Assembly (NCBI GenBank): GCA_030612025.1
Contig: JAUWOR010000007.1
Span: 1 to 64,000 of the forward strand
Direction: 5' to 3'
From: Dehalococcoidia bacterium
Lineage (GTDB): Bacteria > Chloroflexota > Dehalococcoidia > GIF9 > AB-539-J10
DNA: 64,000 nucleotides
In this document: piece by piece, positions 31,190-41,815 of the stretch
Position numbering within the stretch: position 1 is the stretch's first letter
How the letters are laid out: each line of letters starts with the position of its first letter
Notes under the pieces: generated by a model
Told to the model about the DNA's origin: nothing
Seen by the model: only the letters and a program-made list of their open reading frames with translations
Database searches by the model: none
Made by a program: the position numbers and the translations under genes

Positions 31190-32605
31190 TCACAACTCTT
31201 CTATATGTACCTCAGGCGTATACTCTTCCTTACCTTCTACGAAGTAATCTCTGGCCATTTTGCCTACCAGACCACCCAGGATCATAAGCGATACCAGGCT
31301 AGGTATGGCCATGGCACCATTGAGAGTATCGGTGAGTAGCCAGACAAAGTCAACCTTCCATATTCCACCCATAAAGGCGAATATTATCCATACCACTCCA
31401 TATCCCAGCTTAAACCTCTTTACAGCCGCTGGCGAAATCTTTTTGCCAAATAAATAACGACCACACTGTGAACCATAATAATACCAGGCAAGCAGGGTGG
31501 AATAACCAAAGAGAAGGGAACCCATAGCTGTTATAGCGACACCAGCACCACCAAGGACTGATTGGAAACCCCAGGCAGTTAAAGCCGTGCTGGTATAGCC
31601 TGTTCCCAGAGCGCCGGTCGTTAGAATTACCAGGGCGGTCATGGAACAAACTACTATGGTATCAAGAAAAACTTCAAAGAAGCCAAGGGTTCCCTGGCGA
31701 GCTGGTATAGGTATTCTAGTTGGGCTATGAGAAAGACCCCCGGTGCCTAAACCAGCCTCATTAGAGAATATACCCCGAGCCACACCGTATCTCATTGCCA
31801 TCATTACCGTAGCACCGGCAAATGCACCAAAGCCAGCACGAGGAGTGAAAGCATGTTTAAATATCTCTCCAATTGCTGCCGGTATTGCAGTAATATTAAT
31901 AAGCAGTATAATTATGGCTCCAATTATATAAACGACGCACATCCAGGGAGCCAAGTATTCAGCTACTCTTCCAATTCTCTTAATTCCGCCGACAACTACC
32001 AGGCCAATAAGAATAGCTAAAGTAGTGCCAGTGGCCATAAAGGGAATACCATAGTACTCGTTCAAAACCAGAGCCATGGAATTAGTCTGAACAGCGTTAC
32101 CAATTCCAAAAGCACATATTGCCCCAAAAAAAGCAAACAATATGGCTAACCATTTCCACTTTGGTCCTATTAGCCTTTCTATAGTCATAAATGGACCGCC
32201 AAGAATAGTGCCATCTGCATCTACTACTCTACTTTTAACTGCTAATGAGGCCTCAGCGAATTTAGTACCCATTCCAACAAGGGCGGTGATCCACATCCAA
32301 AATACCGCTCCGGGACCACCCATAGCTATGGCCGTGGCTACACCAGCAATGTTACCATTCCCTACCGTACCGGTTATAGCTACTGTTAAGGATTGAAAAG
32401 GAGTAATATCTCCTTTGGTCGCTTCACCCTTTTCTTTCCCTCTCCAACCACTGAAGAACATTTTTATTGAATAACCAAGCTTGCTAAACTGCCTTCCGGC
32501 AATTCTAGCCGTGATATACAAGCCTGTTCCCACCAACACGACCATCATTGGTGGCCCCCACACAATTCCATTAAACCAGCCTAATGCCGCCATTATGGCT
32601 TCCAT
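31190..32605 (-). CDS. Alanine/glycine:cation symporter (AGCS family)
   Basis: GTVGNGNIAGVA, GGPGAVFWMW, RGIFSNEAGLG, FLDTIVVC. Confidence 0.93.
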   Translation of the reverse strand: MEAIMAALGWFNGIVWGPPMMVVLVGTGLYITARIAGRQFSKLGYSIKMFFSGWRGKEKGEATKGDITPFQSLTVAITGTVGNGNIAGVATAIAMGGPGAVFWMWITALVGMGTKFAEASLAVKSRVVDADGTILGGPFMTIERLIGPKWKWLAILFAFFGAICAFGIGNAVQTNSMALVLNEYYGIPFMATGTTLAILIGLVVVGGIKRIGRVAEYLAPWMCVVYIIGAIIILLINITAIPAAIGEIFKHAFTPRAGFGAFAGATVMMAMRYGVARGIFSNEAGLGTGGLSHSPTRIPIPARQGTLGFFEVFLDTIVVCSMTALVILTTGALGTGYTSTALTAWGFQSVLGGAGVAITAMGSLLFGYSTLLAWYYYGSQCGRYLFGKKISPAAVKRFKLGYGVVWIIFAFMGGIWKVDFVWLLTDTLNGAMAIPSLVSLMILGGLVGKMARDYFVEGKEEYTPEVHIEEL

Positions 32606-32810
32606 ATAACACCTCCTTTTGTTTACTATGTAATACTATAGTATCAACAAGGGGTAAATTTTGTCAATAGTTTTGTGGACTTTACCATAATTTTTTGCAG
32701 TTGCCCCATTTCACCTTTGGCTATATTGTTTATTTTGTCATCGCCCTTGACAGTTGAGATTGATTGAGCAATAATCCTTTAATTCATTTTGCGGTAAATA
32801 GGAGGTCCGG

Positions 32811-33221
32811 ATGAAAAGTAAATTGAGCTGGCAGCTATTTTTATTGCCAGGATTAATTCTTATACTAATGAGCTCGCTTGTGGCTTGTAGTGAGGCTATA
32901 CGGGGACCTGTTATAGGCTTCGACCCATCAAGCCTTAGCTTCGCTGCTGAAGAAGGAAGGCAAAATCCACCAAGCCAGACTTTAGAAATCAGGAACGCTG
33001 GCATAGGAGCTATGCCTTGGGCAGTAGCAGTGAGTAGTGATGCCGCATGGCTCAGCCTTAGTCCACCTATTGGAACTTCGTCTAGCGAAATTGATAAGGT
33101 AACCGTAACAGTAGATATCTCAGGAATGAGCACTGGCGATTATTCCGCCACCATTACTATCACGGCTGAAAAGGCACCAAATACCCCTCAGACAGTGCCA
33201 GTAGACCTAAGCATTGGTTGA
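32811..33221 (+). CDS. BACON/Ig-like domain lipoprotein
   Basis: LVAC lipobox; SLSF, QTLEIRNAG, AWLSLSP, GDYSATITI. Confidence 0.7.
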   Translation: MKSKLSWQLFLLPGLILILMSSLVACSEAIRGPVIGFDPSSLSFAAEEGRQNPPSQTLEIRNAGIGAMPWAVAVSSDAAWLSLSPPIGTSSSEIDKVTVTVDISGMSTGDYSATITITAEKAPNTPQTVPVDLSIG

Positions 33222-33269
33222 TTTCAGTGATGCGACCAGTAGCTGGGGTGCTTTGCTGACAAAAGCCCT

Positions 33270-33513
33270 TTTGTTTTCTATCGACGAGCCATCCCTTGGC
33301 TTAGCTCCAAACCTAGTTGTCTTTCTGTTTCACACTATTAAGTCCTTAAATGACGAAGGCTTGACTATATTAATCGTCGAACAACATATTCCTCAAGTCT
33401 TACAAATAGCTGACAGGGCCTATATCTTGGAGAATGGCTCTATAGTATTAGAAGGGGCTGCTGAAGAAGTATTTAACAATGAGCGTATTAAAACGGCTTA
33501 CCTGGGTTTATGA
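33270..33513 (+). pseudogene. C-terminal fragment of a LivF-type ABC ATPase
   Basis: IDEPSLGLAP, IVEQH, ADRAYILENG, AYLG present; no Walker A. Confidence 0.8.
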
Positions 33514-33551
33514 TAATATTAAGTCAAATTTATTAAACAGGAGGTGATTTT

Positions 33552-34319
33552 ATGTCAGCTTTACTTTTGCAAGAGATGAAATGGCCAGAGGTAAAGGATT
33601 ACCTAGCTAAGGATGACAGGGTAATTATACCTGTTGGCAGTACAGAGCAGCATGGTTGTTGGTTGCCTATGGGCACTGATACCTTTACTGCAATATCTTT
33701 GGCTGAGGATGCTAGTGAGAAAACAGGAGTCATGGTTACTCCACCAAATTGGTTTGGATGGTCACCGCACCATATGGCATTACCGGGAACCATAAGCATA
33801 AGGCCTGAGATTCTTATAGAGCTTTTATATGATGAAATAGAATCCTTAGCGAAACACGGGTTCAAGAACTTCCTCACTATAAATGGACATAGAATAGTCA
33901 ACTTGATATGGATGCAAATTGCTGCTGAGAGAGCCCAAAGAAAGCTTGGTGTTAAAGTTGTTATTTTTGACCCTGCTTATATGCAAAAGGAGCTTGCCGA
34001 TAAGTTAGGATTTGGGGCTATAGGACACGCTGAAGAATCAGAAGGTTCACAGATGATGTATAAATATTCAGACTTAGTTGATATAAGCAAAGCAAGGGAT
34101 TATGTCCTAGGAGAGGCGAAGTTGTATCATATAGACCCAAGGGACCGCAGAGATACTTTGTGCTATGTTCCTAGTACAGAGGAAGCCACGAGAAAAATTG
34201 CGGAAATCTCTGGTGGCCCCATCGGACATCCTTCACAAGCCTCTACAGAAAAAGGAAAGAAGCTTCATGAGCATTTAGTCTCAAGACTTGTTGAAGTGAT
34301 AGAGCAATTGAAGAAATAA
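33552..34319 (+). CDS. Creatininase family amidohydrolase
   Basis: PVGSTEQHG.WLP.GTD, SPHH, PGTISI, NGH, GHAEE.E. Confidence 0.88.
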   Translation: MSALLLQEMKWPEVKDYLAKDDRVIIPVGSTEQHGCWLPMGTDTFTAISLAEDASEKTGVMVTPPNWFGWSPHHMALPGTISIRPEILIELLYDEIESLAKHGFKNFLTINGHRIVNLIWMQIAAERAQRKLGVKVVIFDPAYMQKELADKLGFGAIGHAEESEGSQMMYKYSDLVDISKARDYVLGEAKLYHIDPRDRRDTLCYVPSTEEATRKIAEISGGPIGHPSQASTEKGKKLHEHLVSRLVEVIEQLKK

Positions 34320-34358
34320 TCTCTTGAGTTAGAAGAGAAAGTTTAATTAAAGGTGCTC

Positions 34359-34519
34359 GTGAAAAGAATTTTAGTCACAGGAGCCTGTGGTCAGATTGGC
34401 TCGGAGCTCACATTGGCTTTGCGGGAAAGAAAATAAGGTTCCAGACTTGTGCTGAGCACACTAAATACGATGTAGATTATGTGCTTGAAGTTCTGGATGA
34501 GTATAAAGGGATACATTGA
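34359..34519 (+). pseudogene. Deletion scar: N-terminus of an SDR threonine dehydrogenase-like gene joined to the C-terminus of a Kbl/BioF-like gene
   Basis: 34359-34436 MKRILVTGACGQIGSELTLALRERK*; 34433-34519 IRFQTCAEHTKYDVDYVLEVLDEYKGIH*. Confidence 0.65.
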
Positions 34520-34534
34520 TAATCCAGTATATAT

Positions 34535-35692
34535 TTATAGTAACCTTTCCCCTAACATAGACTTGATTTTGTAAGGTTTCCCATCCTTAATAAAGAGTTT
34601 AGGGACGCGCCTTTTATCCACCATACACACAACTTCATTAACAATAGTTTCAATTCTTTCGGCAGTCTCCTCTACACCTTGATTTCCGCACAAGGTCACT
34701 TCTTCTCCTATCGCAACGCCAGGGATATGGGTAACATCTATCATAGTTTGGTCCATGCAAACTCGTCCTATTACCGGAGCTTTGCTTCCTCTAATTAAAA
34801 CTTCACTATTATTAGAGAGGAGGCGAGAGTAACCATCAGCATAACCTACTGGTAAAGTAGCTACTAAAGTCTCAGAAGTGGTAGTATAGGTTCTGCCATA
34901 ACCAACACTTTTGCCGGCTGGTAATTTTTTGAGATAAACAATTCTGGTCTTGAGTTTTAAAGCCGGTTTTAATTTTATTACCCTCTTAACTTCAGCAGAA
35001 GGATATAATCCGTAAATAATAATTCCCGGCCTTACCATATCTAAATTCATGTGAGGTAAGTCAAGGATAGCGGCGCTATTAGCGACATGTTTTAATGGTA
35101 TTTTTATACCTTTCTTTTCTAAGGTGTTTAATACGGTGGTAAATTTTTCAAACTGTTCTTCAGTATAGCTTTTATCCTTTTCATCTGCTACGGGAAAATG
35201 GGTGAATATACCCTCTATCTGGATATTTTTCATAGCTTGTACTCTTTGGACAAAATTCAAAGCATCTTCAGGGAATACTCCTATCCTTCCCATTCCTGTA
35301 TCCACTTTTATATGAACTTTAGCTACCTTATTCATCTTAATTGCTAATTGAGAAAGGAACTCTACCATTTCAATGTCACAAACTGCTGGAGTAAGGTCAT
35401 ATAAAAGCAACGCCTCTGCCTGTTCTTTTGGAGTGAGACCAAGAATCAAAATAGGAGCTTTGATATTAGCCCGGCGCAACTCTACTCCTTCATCCAGCCG
35501 AGCCACAGCCAAGTAAGATGCACCATTCTTTAACAACACATGGGCCACTTCTGAAGCATCATGTCCATAAGCGTTAGCTTTTACCGTGGCCATAATTTTT
35601 ACTTTTTCCCCAAGTAACCCCCTAATCGCTTTAATGTTGCTAACTATGGCATCCAGGTCAATTTCCGCCCAGATAGGTCCTAAATTCTGCAT
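34535..35692 (-). CDS. alr: Alanine racemase
   Basis: VKANAYGH, KVDTGMGRIG, ANSAA, VGYG, GYADG, GRVCMDQ. Confidence 0.95.
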   Translation of the reverse strand: MQNLGPIWAEIDLDAIVSNIKAIRGLLGEKVKIMATVKANAYGHDASEVAHVLLKNGASYLAVARLDEGVELRRANIKAPILILGLTPKEQAEALLLYDLTPAVCDIEMVEFLSQLAIKMNKVAKVHIKVDTGMGRIGVFPEDALNFVQRVQAMKNIQIEGIFTHFPVADEKDKSYTEEQFEKFTTVLNTLEKKGIKIPLKHVANSAAILDLPHMNLDMVRPGIIIYGLYPSAEVKRVIKLKPALKLKTRIVYLKKLPAGKSVGYGRTYTTTSETLVATLPVGYADGYSRLLSNNSEVLIRGSKAPVIGRVCMDQTMIDVTHIPGVAIGEEVTLCGNQGVEETAERIETIVNEVVCMVDKRRVPKLFIKDGKPYKIKSMLGERLL

Positions 35693-35810
35693 AGCAAACC
35701 CCCTCTAATTAGTAACCTTTCGTGCTATAATAATTTATATACTACTATAATTTACAGCAATTAAAAATTGCAATATGTGTCTTCGAAATAGAACTAACTA
35801 AAAAGAAAGG

Positions 35811-35942
35811 AGGGCGATTAAAAATGTAGTTGCCCAATTTATTGGGCGACTGTGCCTGATAAATCAGGCAACTACAAAAATTTGGCGGTGAGGCATCTCT
35901 AGAATGCTCAAAATTGAACGAGAAGGTGAAATTAAACAGCCT
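35811..35942. repeat. Palindromic MITE/REPIN-like element (family A)
   Basis: agggcgattaa...ttaaacagcct ends; tgtagttgccc...ggcaactaca core. Confidence 0.8.
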
Positions 35943-35968
35943 AAAGAAAGGAAGGAGGTAAGTTAAAG

Positions 35969-37207
35969 ATGGGGTACGAAAATTTGAAAAGAGGTGACAA
36001 GGTGGTTTATGCCACAATGCTGAAGGAGATAGAGAGAGTAAACACTGGTCTTGAATTGATACCTTCAGAGAATTTTCCTAGCGAAGCAACTCTTGAAGCG
36101 CTTGGCTCTGTTTTCAATGACAAGTATTCCGAGGGATATCCAGGTAAGAGATACTACGGGGGGAATAAGTTTATCGATGTTATCGAGAATCTAGCTATTG
36201 AAAGAGCAAAGAAGTTATTTGGAGCAGAGCATGTAAATGTCCAGCCATACTCCGGCAGTCCAGCTAACATGGAAGTTTATCTTGCTTTGATGAATCCTGG
36301 AGATACCTTTATGGGAATGAAATTGGACCAGGGAGGACATTTAACTCATGGGCATAAGGTAAGTTTCACTGGTAAGCTATTCAATGCGGTTCAATATGGA
36401 GTAAATAAAGAGACGGAGCTATTAGATTATGACGAAATCAGAAAAACTGCTCTAGAGGTAAGACCCAAAATGATTGTTTGCGGGGCCACTGCTTATCCGC
36501 GTGAGATTGATTTCAAGGCATTTCATGAGATAGCAGCGGAAGTCGGAGCTATTTCCATGGCTGATATTGCTCATATTGCCGGGCTTATTGTTGGTGGTGT
36601 CCATCAATCACCCTTTCCTTACATAGACGTGGTAACAACAACGACACATAAAACTCTTAGAGGCCCAAGAGGAGCAATGATAATGTGCAAAGAGAGATTT
36701 GCTAAAGATATAGACGAAACAGTTTTCCCTGGGATGCAGGGAGGACCACATGACCATGTTACAGCAGCAATGGCTGTTGCTTTTGGCGAAGCTCTAAAGC
36801 CGGAGTTTAAAAATTATGCCAGACAGATTATGAAAAATGCCAGAGCATTAGCGGAATCCTTAATGGAAAATGGTTTTAGGTTAGTAACTGGAGGGACTGA
36901 TAACCATTTAATCCTTGTTGATTTGCGGAGTAAAGGTGTTACCGGGAAAGAGGCGGAGACAGCCTTAGATATTGCTGGTATAACCGTAAACAAAAATACG
37001 ATTCCATTCGATCCAAGAAAACCTTTTGATCCCAGTGGCATAAGATTGGGAACACCGACGGTAACAACCAGAGGAATGAGGGAAGCAGAGATGAAACAGA
37101 TTGGAAATTTTATAACCGCGGCAATAGACGCGAAAGACAATCGGGAAAAGTTAGAAAAAATCCAACAGGAGGTTAAAGCATTATGTCAGCCATTCCCTGT
37201 ATATTGA
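35969..37207 (+). CDS. glyA: Serine hydroxymethyltransferase
   Basis: [40 protein letters not shown]. Confidence 0.96.
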   Translation: MGYENLKRGDKVVYATMLKEIERVNTGLELIPSENFPSEATLEALGSVFNDKYSEGYPGKRYYGGNKFIDVIENLAIERAKKLFGAEHVNVQPYSGSPANMEVYLALMNPGDTFMGMKLDQGGHLTHGHKVSFTGKLFNAVQYGVNKETELLDYDEIRKTALEVRPKMIVCGATAYPREIDFKAFHEIAAEVGAISMADIAHIAGLIVGGVHQSPFPYIDVVTTTTHKTLRGPRGAMIMCKERFAKDIDETVFPGMQGGPHDHVTAAMAVAFGEALKPEFKNYARQIMKNARALAESLMENGFRLVTGGTDNHLILVDLRSKGVTGKEAETALDIAGITVNKNTIPFDPRKPFDPSGIRLGTPTVTTRGMREAEMKQIGNFITAAIDAKDNREKLEKIQQEVKALCQPFPVY

Positions 37208-37253
37208 TGCTGGCCCTAATCTATTTAAGCCTCAGAAATTATTAGGAGGTAAA

Positions 37254-38297
37254 GTGAAAGATTGGGAAATGCGAGGAAAAGTTGCTCAGCATGTGTTTGA
37301 AACAATAGGTTCTACACCATTGGTAAAACTCAATAAGGTAAGTCAAGGGATAAATGCTGATATTCTGGGGAAATTGGAGTGGTTTTCTCCCACTGGTTCG
37401 CTGAAGGATAGAATCTATTATCAGATGATTACGCAAGCAATAAAAAATCAGGAACTAAAACCGGGTATGGAAATTTTAGAAACTTCTACTGGCAATGCTG
37501 GAATTGCTTGTGCCTTCGTAGGTGGTTTATTAGGTTATCCGGTAACGATTATTCTTCCTGATGGAATGAGTGCTGAGAGAGCAAAAATTATGCAAGCATA
37601 TGGAGCAAAGGTTATCTATACTCCGGGCGCAGAATCAGACGTAGACCTCTGCCTAATAAAGCAGGAAGAAATTATAAGAGAAAACCCTGGGAAATATTGG
37701 GTGCCTAGTCAATACACTAACCAAAACAATGTTGTGGCCCATTACCTTACTACTGGCCCTGAAATTTGGGAACAAACGGAGGGTAAGGTGGATGCCTTTT
37801 TAGTTACTCAGGGAACAGGGGGGACAATTAGTGGGGTGGGAAGGTATTTGAGGGAGAGAAATCCTAAGATTTTGCTTTATGCTGGTGAGCCGTCTGAAGC
37901 ACCAATGTTGGCCAGAAGAAAATGGGGCTCCCATCGGATCGAAGGTATCGGTGATGGGTTTGTTCCTCGAAATTTGGATGCGAGTTTACTCAATGGCGTC
38001 TTTCTAGTCACTTCGGAAGAAGCTATTGAAATGGGGAAGAAACTAGCTCGGGAGGAAGGCTTATTTTGTGGGATTTCTTCTGGGGCAAATGTAGTCGGGG
38101 CCATTAAATTAGCTAAACGACATCCAGAACTTAAGGTAATCGTTACTCTGATTAACGATACAGGGCAGCGTTATTTCTCTACCCCATTATGTGGCGTTGA
38201 AAAGCACATTGAAATTCCAGAGAGGGAGCACCCATTTGATGATTATACTATTGCAGAACTTGATAAATACCAATCAGGTTGGGAGATTATAGAGTGA
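37254..38297 (+). CDS. PLP-dependent cysteine synthase/CBS family protein
   Basis: IGSTPLV, PTGSLKDRI, TTGPEIW, GTGGT, IEGIG, GISSGAN, DTGQRY. Confidence 0.85.
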   Translation: MKDWEMRGKVAQHVFETIGSTPLVKLNKVSQGINADILGKLEWFSPTGSLKDRIYYQMITQAIKNQELKPGMEILETSTGNAGIACAFVGGLLGYPVTIILPDGMSAERAKIMQAYGAKVIYTPGAESDVDLCLIKQEEIIRENPGKYWVPSQYTNQNNVVAHYLTTGPEIWEQTEGKVDAFLVTQGTGGTISGVGRYLRERNPKILLYAGEPSEAPMLARRKWGSHRIEGIGDGFVPRNLDASLLNGVFLVTSEEAIEMGKKLAREEGLFCGISSGANVVGAIKLAKRHPELKVIVTLINDTGQRYFSTPLCGVEKHIEIPEREHPFDDYTIAELDKYQSGWEIIE

Positions 38298-38372
38298 GAA
38301 AAAGTTCTAACTTCTGTGGAAGACGTGCTAGGATAATAACTATTTAAAGTGTTTCAAAGTCAAGGAGGAGCA

Positions 38373-39641
38373 ATGGAACCGGGTATAGAAGGCGAGGTTC
38401 TCAAACTTATTGAAAAAAGGCGAGATGCAATCGTTGAATTTCTGAGAGAATTAATATCTTTTCCTAGTGTGACAGGGGATGAGCTTGAAATTCAGAAGTT
38501 TACTGCTCGCAATCTTGAAAGTATGGGTCTTGTAGTTGACAAGTGGGAGCCTGATCATGAGAAGCTGAAGAAACATCCTGCCTATGTACCGGTTGAATAT
38601 GGATACGCAAATCGCCCGAATGTGGTTGGAACATATAAAGGGACAGAAGGTGGGAAGTCTTTGCTTCTCAACGGTCATGTTGATGTTGTCCCTCCAGGGC
38701 CTTTAGATGCTTGGGAGCACCAACCATGGTCGGGAGATGTTGTGGGGAATCGGTTATATGGAAGAGGGGCTTCAGATATGAAAAGTGGTCTGGCTGCAAT
38801 GACAATGGCTCTTGATAGCTTAATACGTTTGGATATTAGCTTGAGAGGAGATGTAATTCTTGAATATGTGGTGGATGAAGAGCTGAGTGGGAATGGAACA
38901 TTGGACTGTGTAATGAAAGGATATCATACTGATGCCGGTATTTGTTGTGAGAGTAGCAGCCTTCATGTTCAGCCAGCTTGCCTAGGGAGGATCTGGTTTG
39001 AAATCTCTGTTCGGGGGAAACCAGCGGGGATCCAGAGAAGATGGGAAGGGGTAAATGCGATAGAGAAGGGATACGCAATTGTGCAGGTTGTTTCAAACCT
39101 TGAAGATATTAGGATCAATGAAGTGAGCCACCCTCTTTACCCTGAAAATCGAAGTGCGATCCCTTGCATGGTTGGTATGTTTCAATCTGGATCCTTTGCT
39201 AGTTCATTTCCTGATACTTGCTTGCTCAAAGGGAGTATCGCTTCTCTGCCTGGGGAAAACACAAATGAAGTAAAACAAAGTCTTGTTGAACAGATCTCGA
39301 CTTTTTCAAAAACAGATCCTTGGCTCAAGGACAACCCACCTGAAGTTAAATTTGTTGGCTATTGTGGTGAGCCTGCTGAAATACCTCCGGATCATCCTAT
39401 TGTCCGTACCCTAGCTCGAAGATTTGCCTTTGTTACTGGTAAACAGCCTCAGATCACCGGAAGGCAAGGAGCGGCTGATACCAGATATCTCATAAAATAC
39501 GGCAATACACCGACAGTAATTTTTGGACCAGGTTTGACAGAACAGATGCATGCTACTAATGAGTGGGTAGATATTGATTATCTGGTTACTGCTACCAAGG
39601 TCTTGGCCTTATCTATCATGGACTGGTGTGGCTATGAATAG
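38373..39641 (+). CDS. ArgE/DapE family M20 deacylase
   Basis: LNGHVDVVP, GRGASDMK, VDEE, FGPG, HATNE. Confidence 0.9.
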   Translation: MEPGIEGEVLKLIEKRRDAIVEFLRELISFPSVTGDELEIQKFTARNLESMGLVVDKWEPDHEKLKKHPAYVPVEYGYANRPNVVGTYKGTEGGKSLLLNGHVDVVPPGPLDAWEHQPWSGDVVGNRLYGRGASDMKSGLAAMTMALDSLIRLDISLRGDVILEYVVDEELSGNGTLDCVMKGYHTDAGICCESSSLHVQPACLGRIWFEISVRGKPAGIQRRWEGVNAIEKGYAIVQVVSNLEDIRINEVSHPLYPENRSAIPCMVGMFQSGSFASSFPDTCLLKGSIASLPGENTNEVKQSLVEQISTFSKTDPWLKDNPPEVKFVGYCGEPAEIPPDHPIVRTLARRFAFVTGKQPQITGRQGAADTRYLIKYGNTPTVIFGPGLTEQMHATNEWVDIDYLVTATKVLALSIMDWCGYE

Positions 39642-39884
39642 AGATAGCCATAGTAACTACTTCAAGCAAGGCAACTCCTAACCTAGCAGCACCATTTTTT
39701 AAAGCTACCCGGGATACTTCCACAGCATCATGCCCATAGGCATTTGCCTTGACAATTGGCCATAATTTCGCAATTTTTGCCTACCACCTTCTTTATCATG
39801 CTAACATTATGGCCTACGGCATCAAGGTCAATCTCTAGCCATGCCAACCCCTGGTTCTGCATTTATGCCCCTCCTCTTATTATC

Positions 39885-40096
39885 AGGGCTGTTTAATTTT
39901 GCCTCAGCTTCAAAATCTACCCCGTGTAGTAATCTTCGCTACTACACAGGGCAGGTTCATCTTATCCAGTTTTAATAATCTTCACCCCAAAGATTCTCGT
40001 AGTGCGACCCTTTAGGGTCGTGCACGAGGCTACCCCGTGTAGTAATCTTCGCTACTACACAGGGCCGAAGCCTCGCACTACATTTTTAAACACCCT
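39885..40096. repeat. Palindromic MITE/REPIN-like element (family A, reversed) with nested insertions
   Basis: agggctgtttaa...ttaaacaccct; two copies of ccccgtgtagtaatcttcgctactacacaggg. Confidence 0.8.
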
Positions 40097-40100
40097 TTTA

Positions 40101-41495
40101 TTATCCTCTGTCAGACAAACCCTTGATAAGCCTATCAAGGGTTTCCTTGGCATCTCCCCACAGTAAAATAGCGTGTTTTTCTTTATAGAGAGGATTTTCT
40201 ACTCCAGAGTAGCCAGGTCTTTCATCGAGATTACAGACCAATATGTTTTCTGCCTCAAAAACTTTCAGTATAGGCATGCCAGAGATAGGAGTTCCGGCAA
40301 CTCTAATAGCAGATGGATTTACTACATCACAGGCGCCTACTGTCACCGCCACGTCTGTATTCTTAAAATCCTCATTTATAGCATCCATTTCCAGGAGTTT
40401 ATCATAAGGAACCCCAGCCTCGGCTAATAAAACATTCATATGCCCTGGCATTCTTCCCGCTACAGGATGAATGGCAAACCTTACCCTAGCCCCCCTTGCT
40501 TCCAGGATTTCTGCCAGCTCCCACACCTTGAATTGAGCTTGAGAAAGTGCCATTCCGTAACCAGGGGCAATAATGACTTCATCAGCCTCTTTTAGAATTT
40601 TCAAAGAAAAACTGAATTTGTCCTCTTCCGTCATTTCAGCTTCTTTTTTCAATTGCAAGGAATCCGGTTCCAGCCTCTTACCGCTCACTGGTGTGACTCC
40701 CAGCCCCAGAAAAACATTTGCTAAATTTCTGTTCATCGCCCGACACATTTTTTGGCTGAGTAAAATTCCCGAGGCTCCAACCATTGCCCCGCAAGCTACC
40801 AATAAAGGATTTTGCGTTACAAAACCACACAAAGAGGCAGCTAGCCCTGATAAAGCATTTAAAAAACAAATAACAACAGGCATATCCGCTCCACCTATCC
40901 GAATAGTAAAGATTACTCCTAGAGCAAGGGCGAAAGGTAACAAAATTATACCGTAGAGTAAGAAAGAGGTAAATCTTAGGTAGACGGCAAAAGCCCAATA
41001 GAGAATCAGGAGAAGAGCTATTCCTGAAGTTAGCCAGGAATGGTGAGGCAGGATTACTGGTTGTTGTTTCACTTTCCCACTTAGTTTACCGACAGCTATT
41101 AGGCTGCCGCTAAAGGTAAAAGAGCCCACAATGACCGCCCAGCCGCATATATACATATTCGCAGTTGTTGCCGGGTTTGCTGTCTCGGCTAGAGAAACCA
41201 GGCAAGAGGCAGCCCCCCCACATCCGTTTAGAAAAGCAACTAACTGGGGCATTTGAATCATCTTTACCTGGATGGCAAGCGCAGCTCCTATTATGCTGCC
41301 AATGAGAAGAGCTACTGCCACAGAGCCAACGCCTAATAATTCCTGCTGAGCTAAAATTAATACAATCGCGGCTAACATAGCTATAGCAGCAATAATATTT
41401 CCCCAGCGCGCATATTCAGGGGAACTGAGAAGTCTTATCCCGGAGATTACTGCTACAGCAACAATTAGATAAAGATAAAAAATAGTAGAAGGCAA
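40101..41495 (-). CDS. pntB: NAD(P) transhydrogenase beta subunit
   Basis: MPQLVA, IGGADMP, AMNR, PGYGMA, HPVAGRMPGHMNVLL. Confidence 0.95.
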   Translation of the reverse strand: MPSTIFYLYLIVAVAVISGIRLLSSPEYARWGNIIAAIAMLAAIVLILAQQELLGVGSVAVALLIGSIIGAALAIQVKMIQMPQLVAFLNGCGGAASCLVSLAETANPATTANMYICGWAVIVGSFTFSGSLIAVGKLSGKVKQQPVILPHHSWLTSGIALLLILYWAFAVYLRFTSFLLYGIILLPFALALGVIFTIRIGGADMPVVICFLNALSGLAASLCGFVTQNPLLVACGAMVGASGILLSQKMCRAMNRNLANVFLGLGVTPVSGKRLEPDSLQLKKEAEMTEEDKFSFSLKILKEADEVIIAPGYGMALSQAQFKVWELAEILEARGARVRFAIHPVAGRMPGHMNVLLAEAGVPYDKLLEMDAINEDFKNTDVAVTVGACDVVNPSAIRVAGTPISGMPILKVFEAENILVCNLDERPGYSGVENPLYKEKHAILLWGDAKETLDRLIKGLSDRG

Positions 41496-41499
41496 CGCT

Positions 41500-41781
41500 T
41501 TATTCTTTCCCCTTGCTTTTTCCTTTTTTAAACATAGCTAGCATTCTTCCAGTGACAAGAAAACCACCAACCACGTTTACCATTGCCAGAACTATGGCTA
41601 CCATGGCTAAGGATTTGCTGGAGGTAGTGGCAGCAACAGCAACAGCTATGAGAGCACCTAAAACTGTGACTCCTGAAATAGCATTGGTTCCAGACATCAA
41701 TGGAGTATGCAGCAGGGAAGGTACTTTGGTAATAACCCAGTATCCTATAAGGCCCGAAAGAATAAAGACAAGAACAAGCAT
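41500..41781 (-). CDS. pntAb: NAD(P) transhydrogenase alpha subunit, part 2
   Basis: LHTPLMSGTNAISG, NVVGGFLVT.RML.MF. Confidence 0.95.
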   Translation of the reverse strand: MLVLVFILSGLIGYWVITKVPSLLHTPLMSGTNAISGVTVLGALIAVAVAATTSSKSLAMVAIVLAMVNVVGGFLVTGRMLAMFKKGKSKGKE

Positions 41782-41815
41782 AGATTTTAGCTTTAAATTA
41801 TAGTTCTCTCAGGGT

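Noticed and set aside
30851-32810. Glycine riboswitch upstream of gcvH or agcS
   Set aside because: No ggaga...ccgaag...ctctcagg aptamer pattern found by eye
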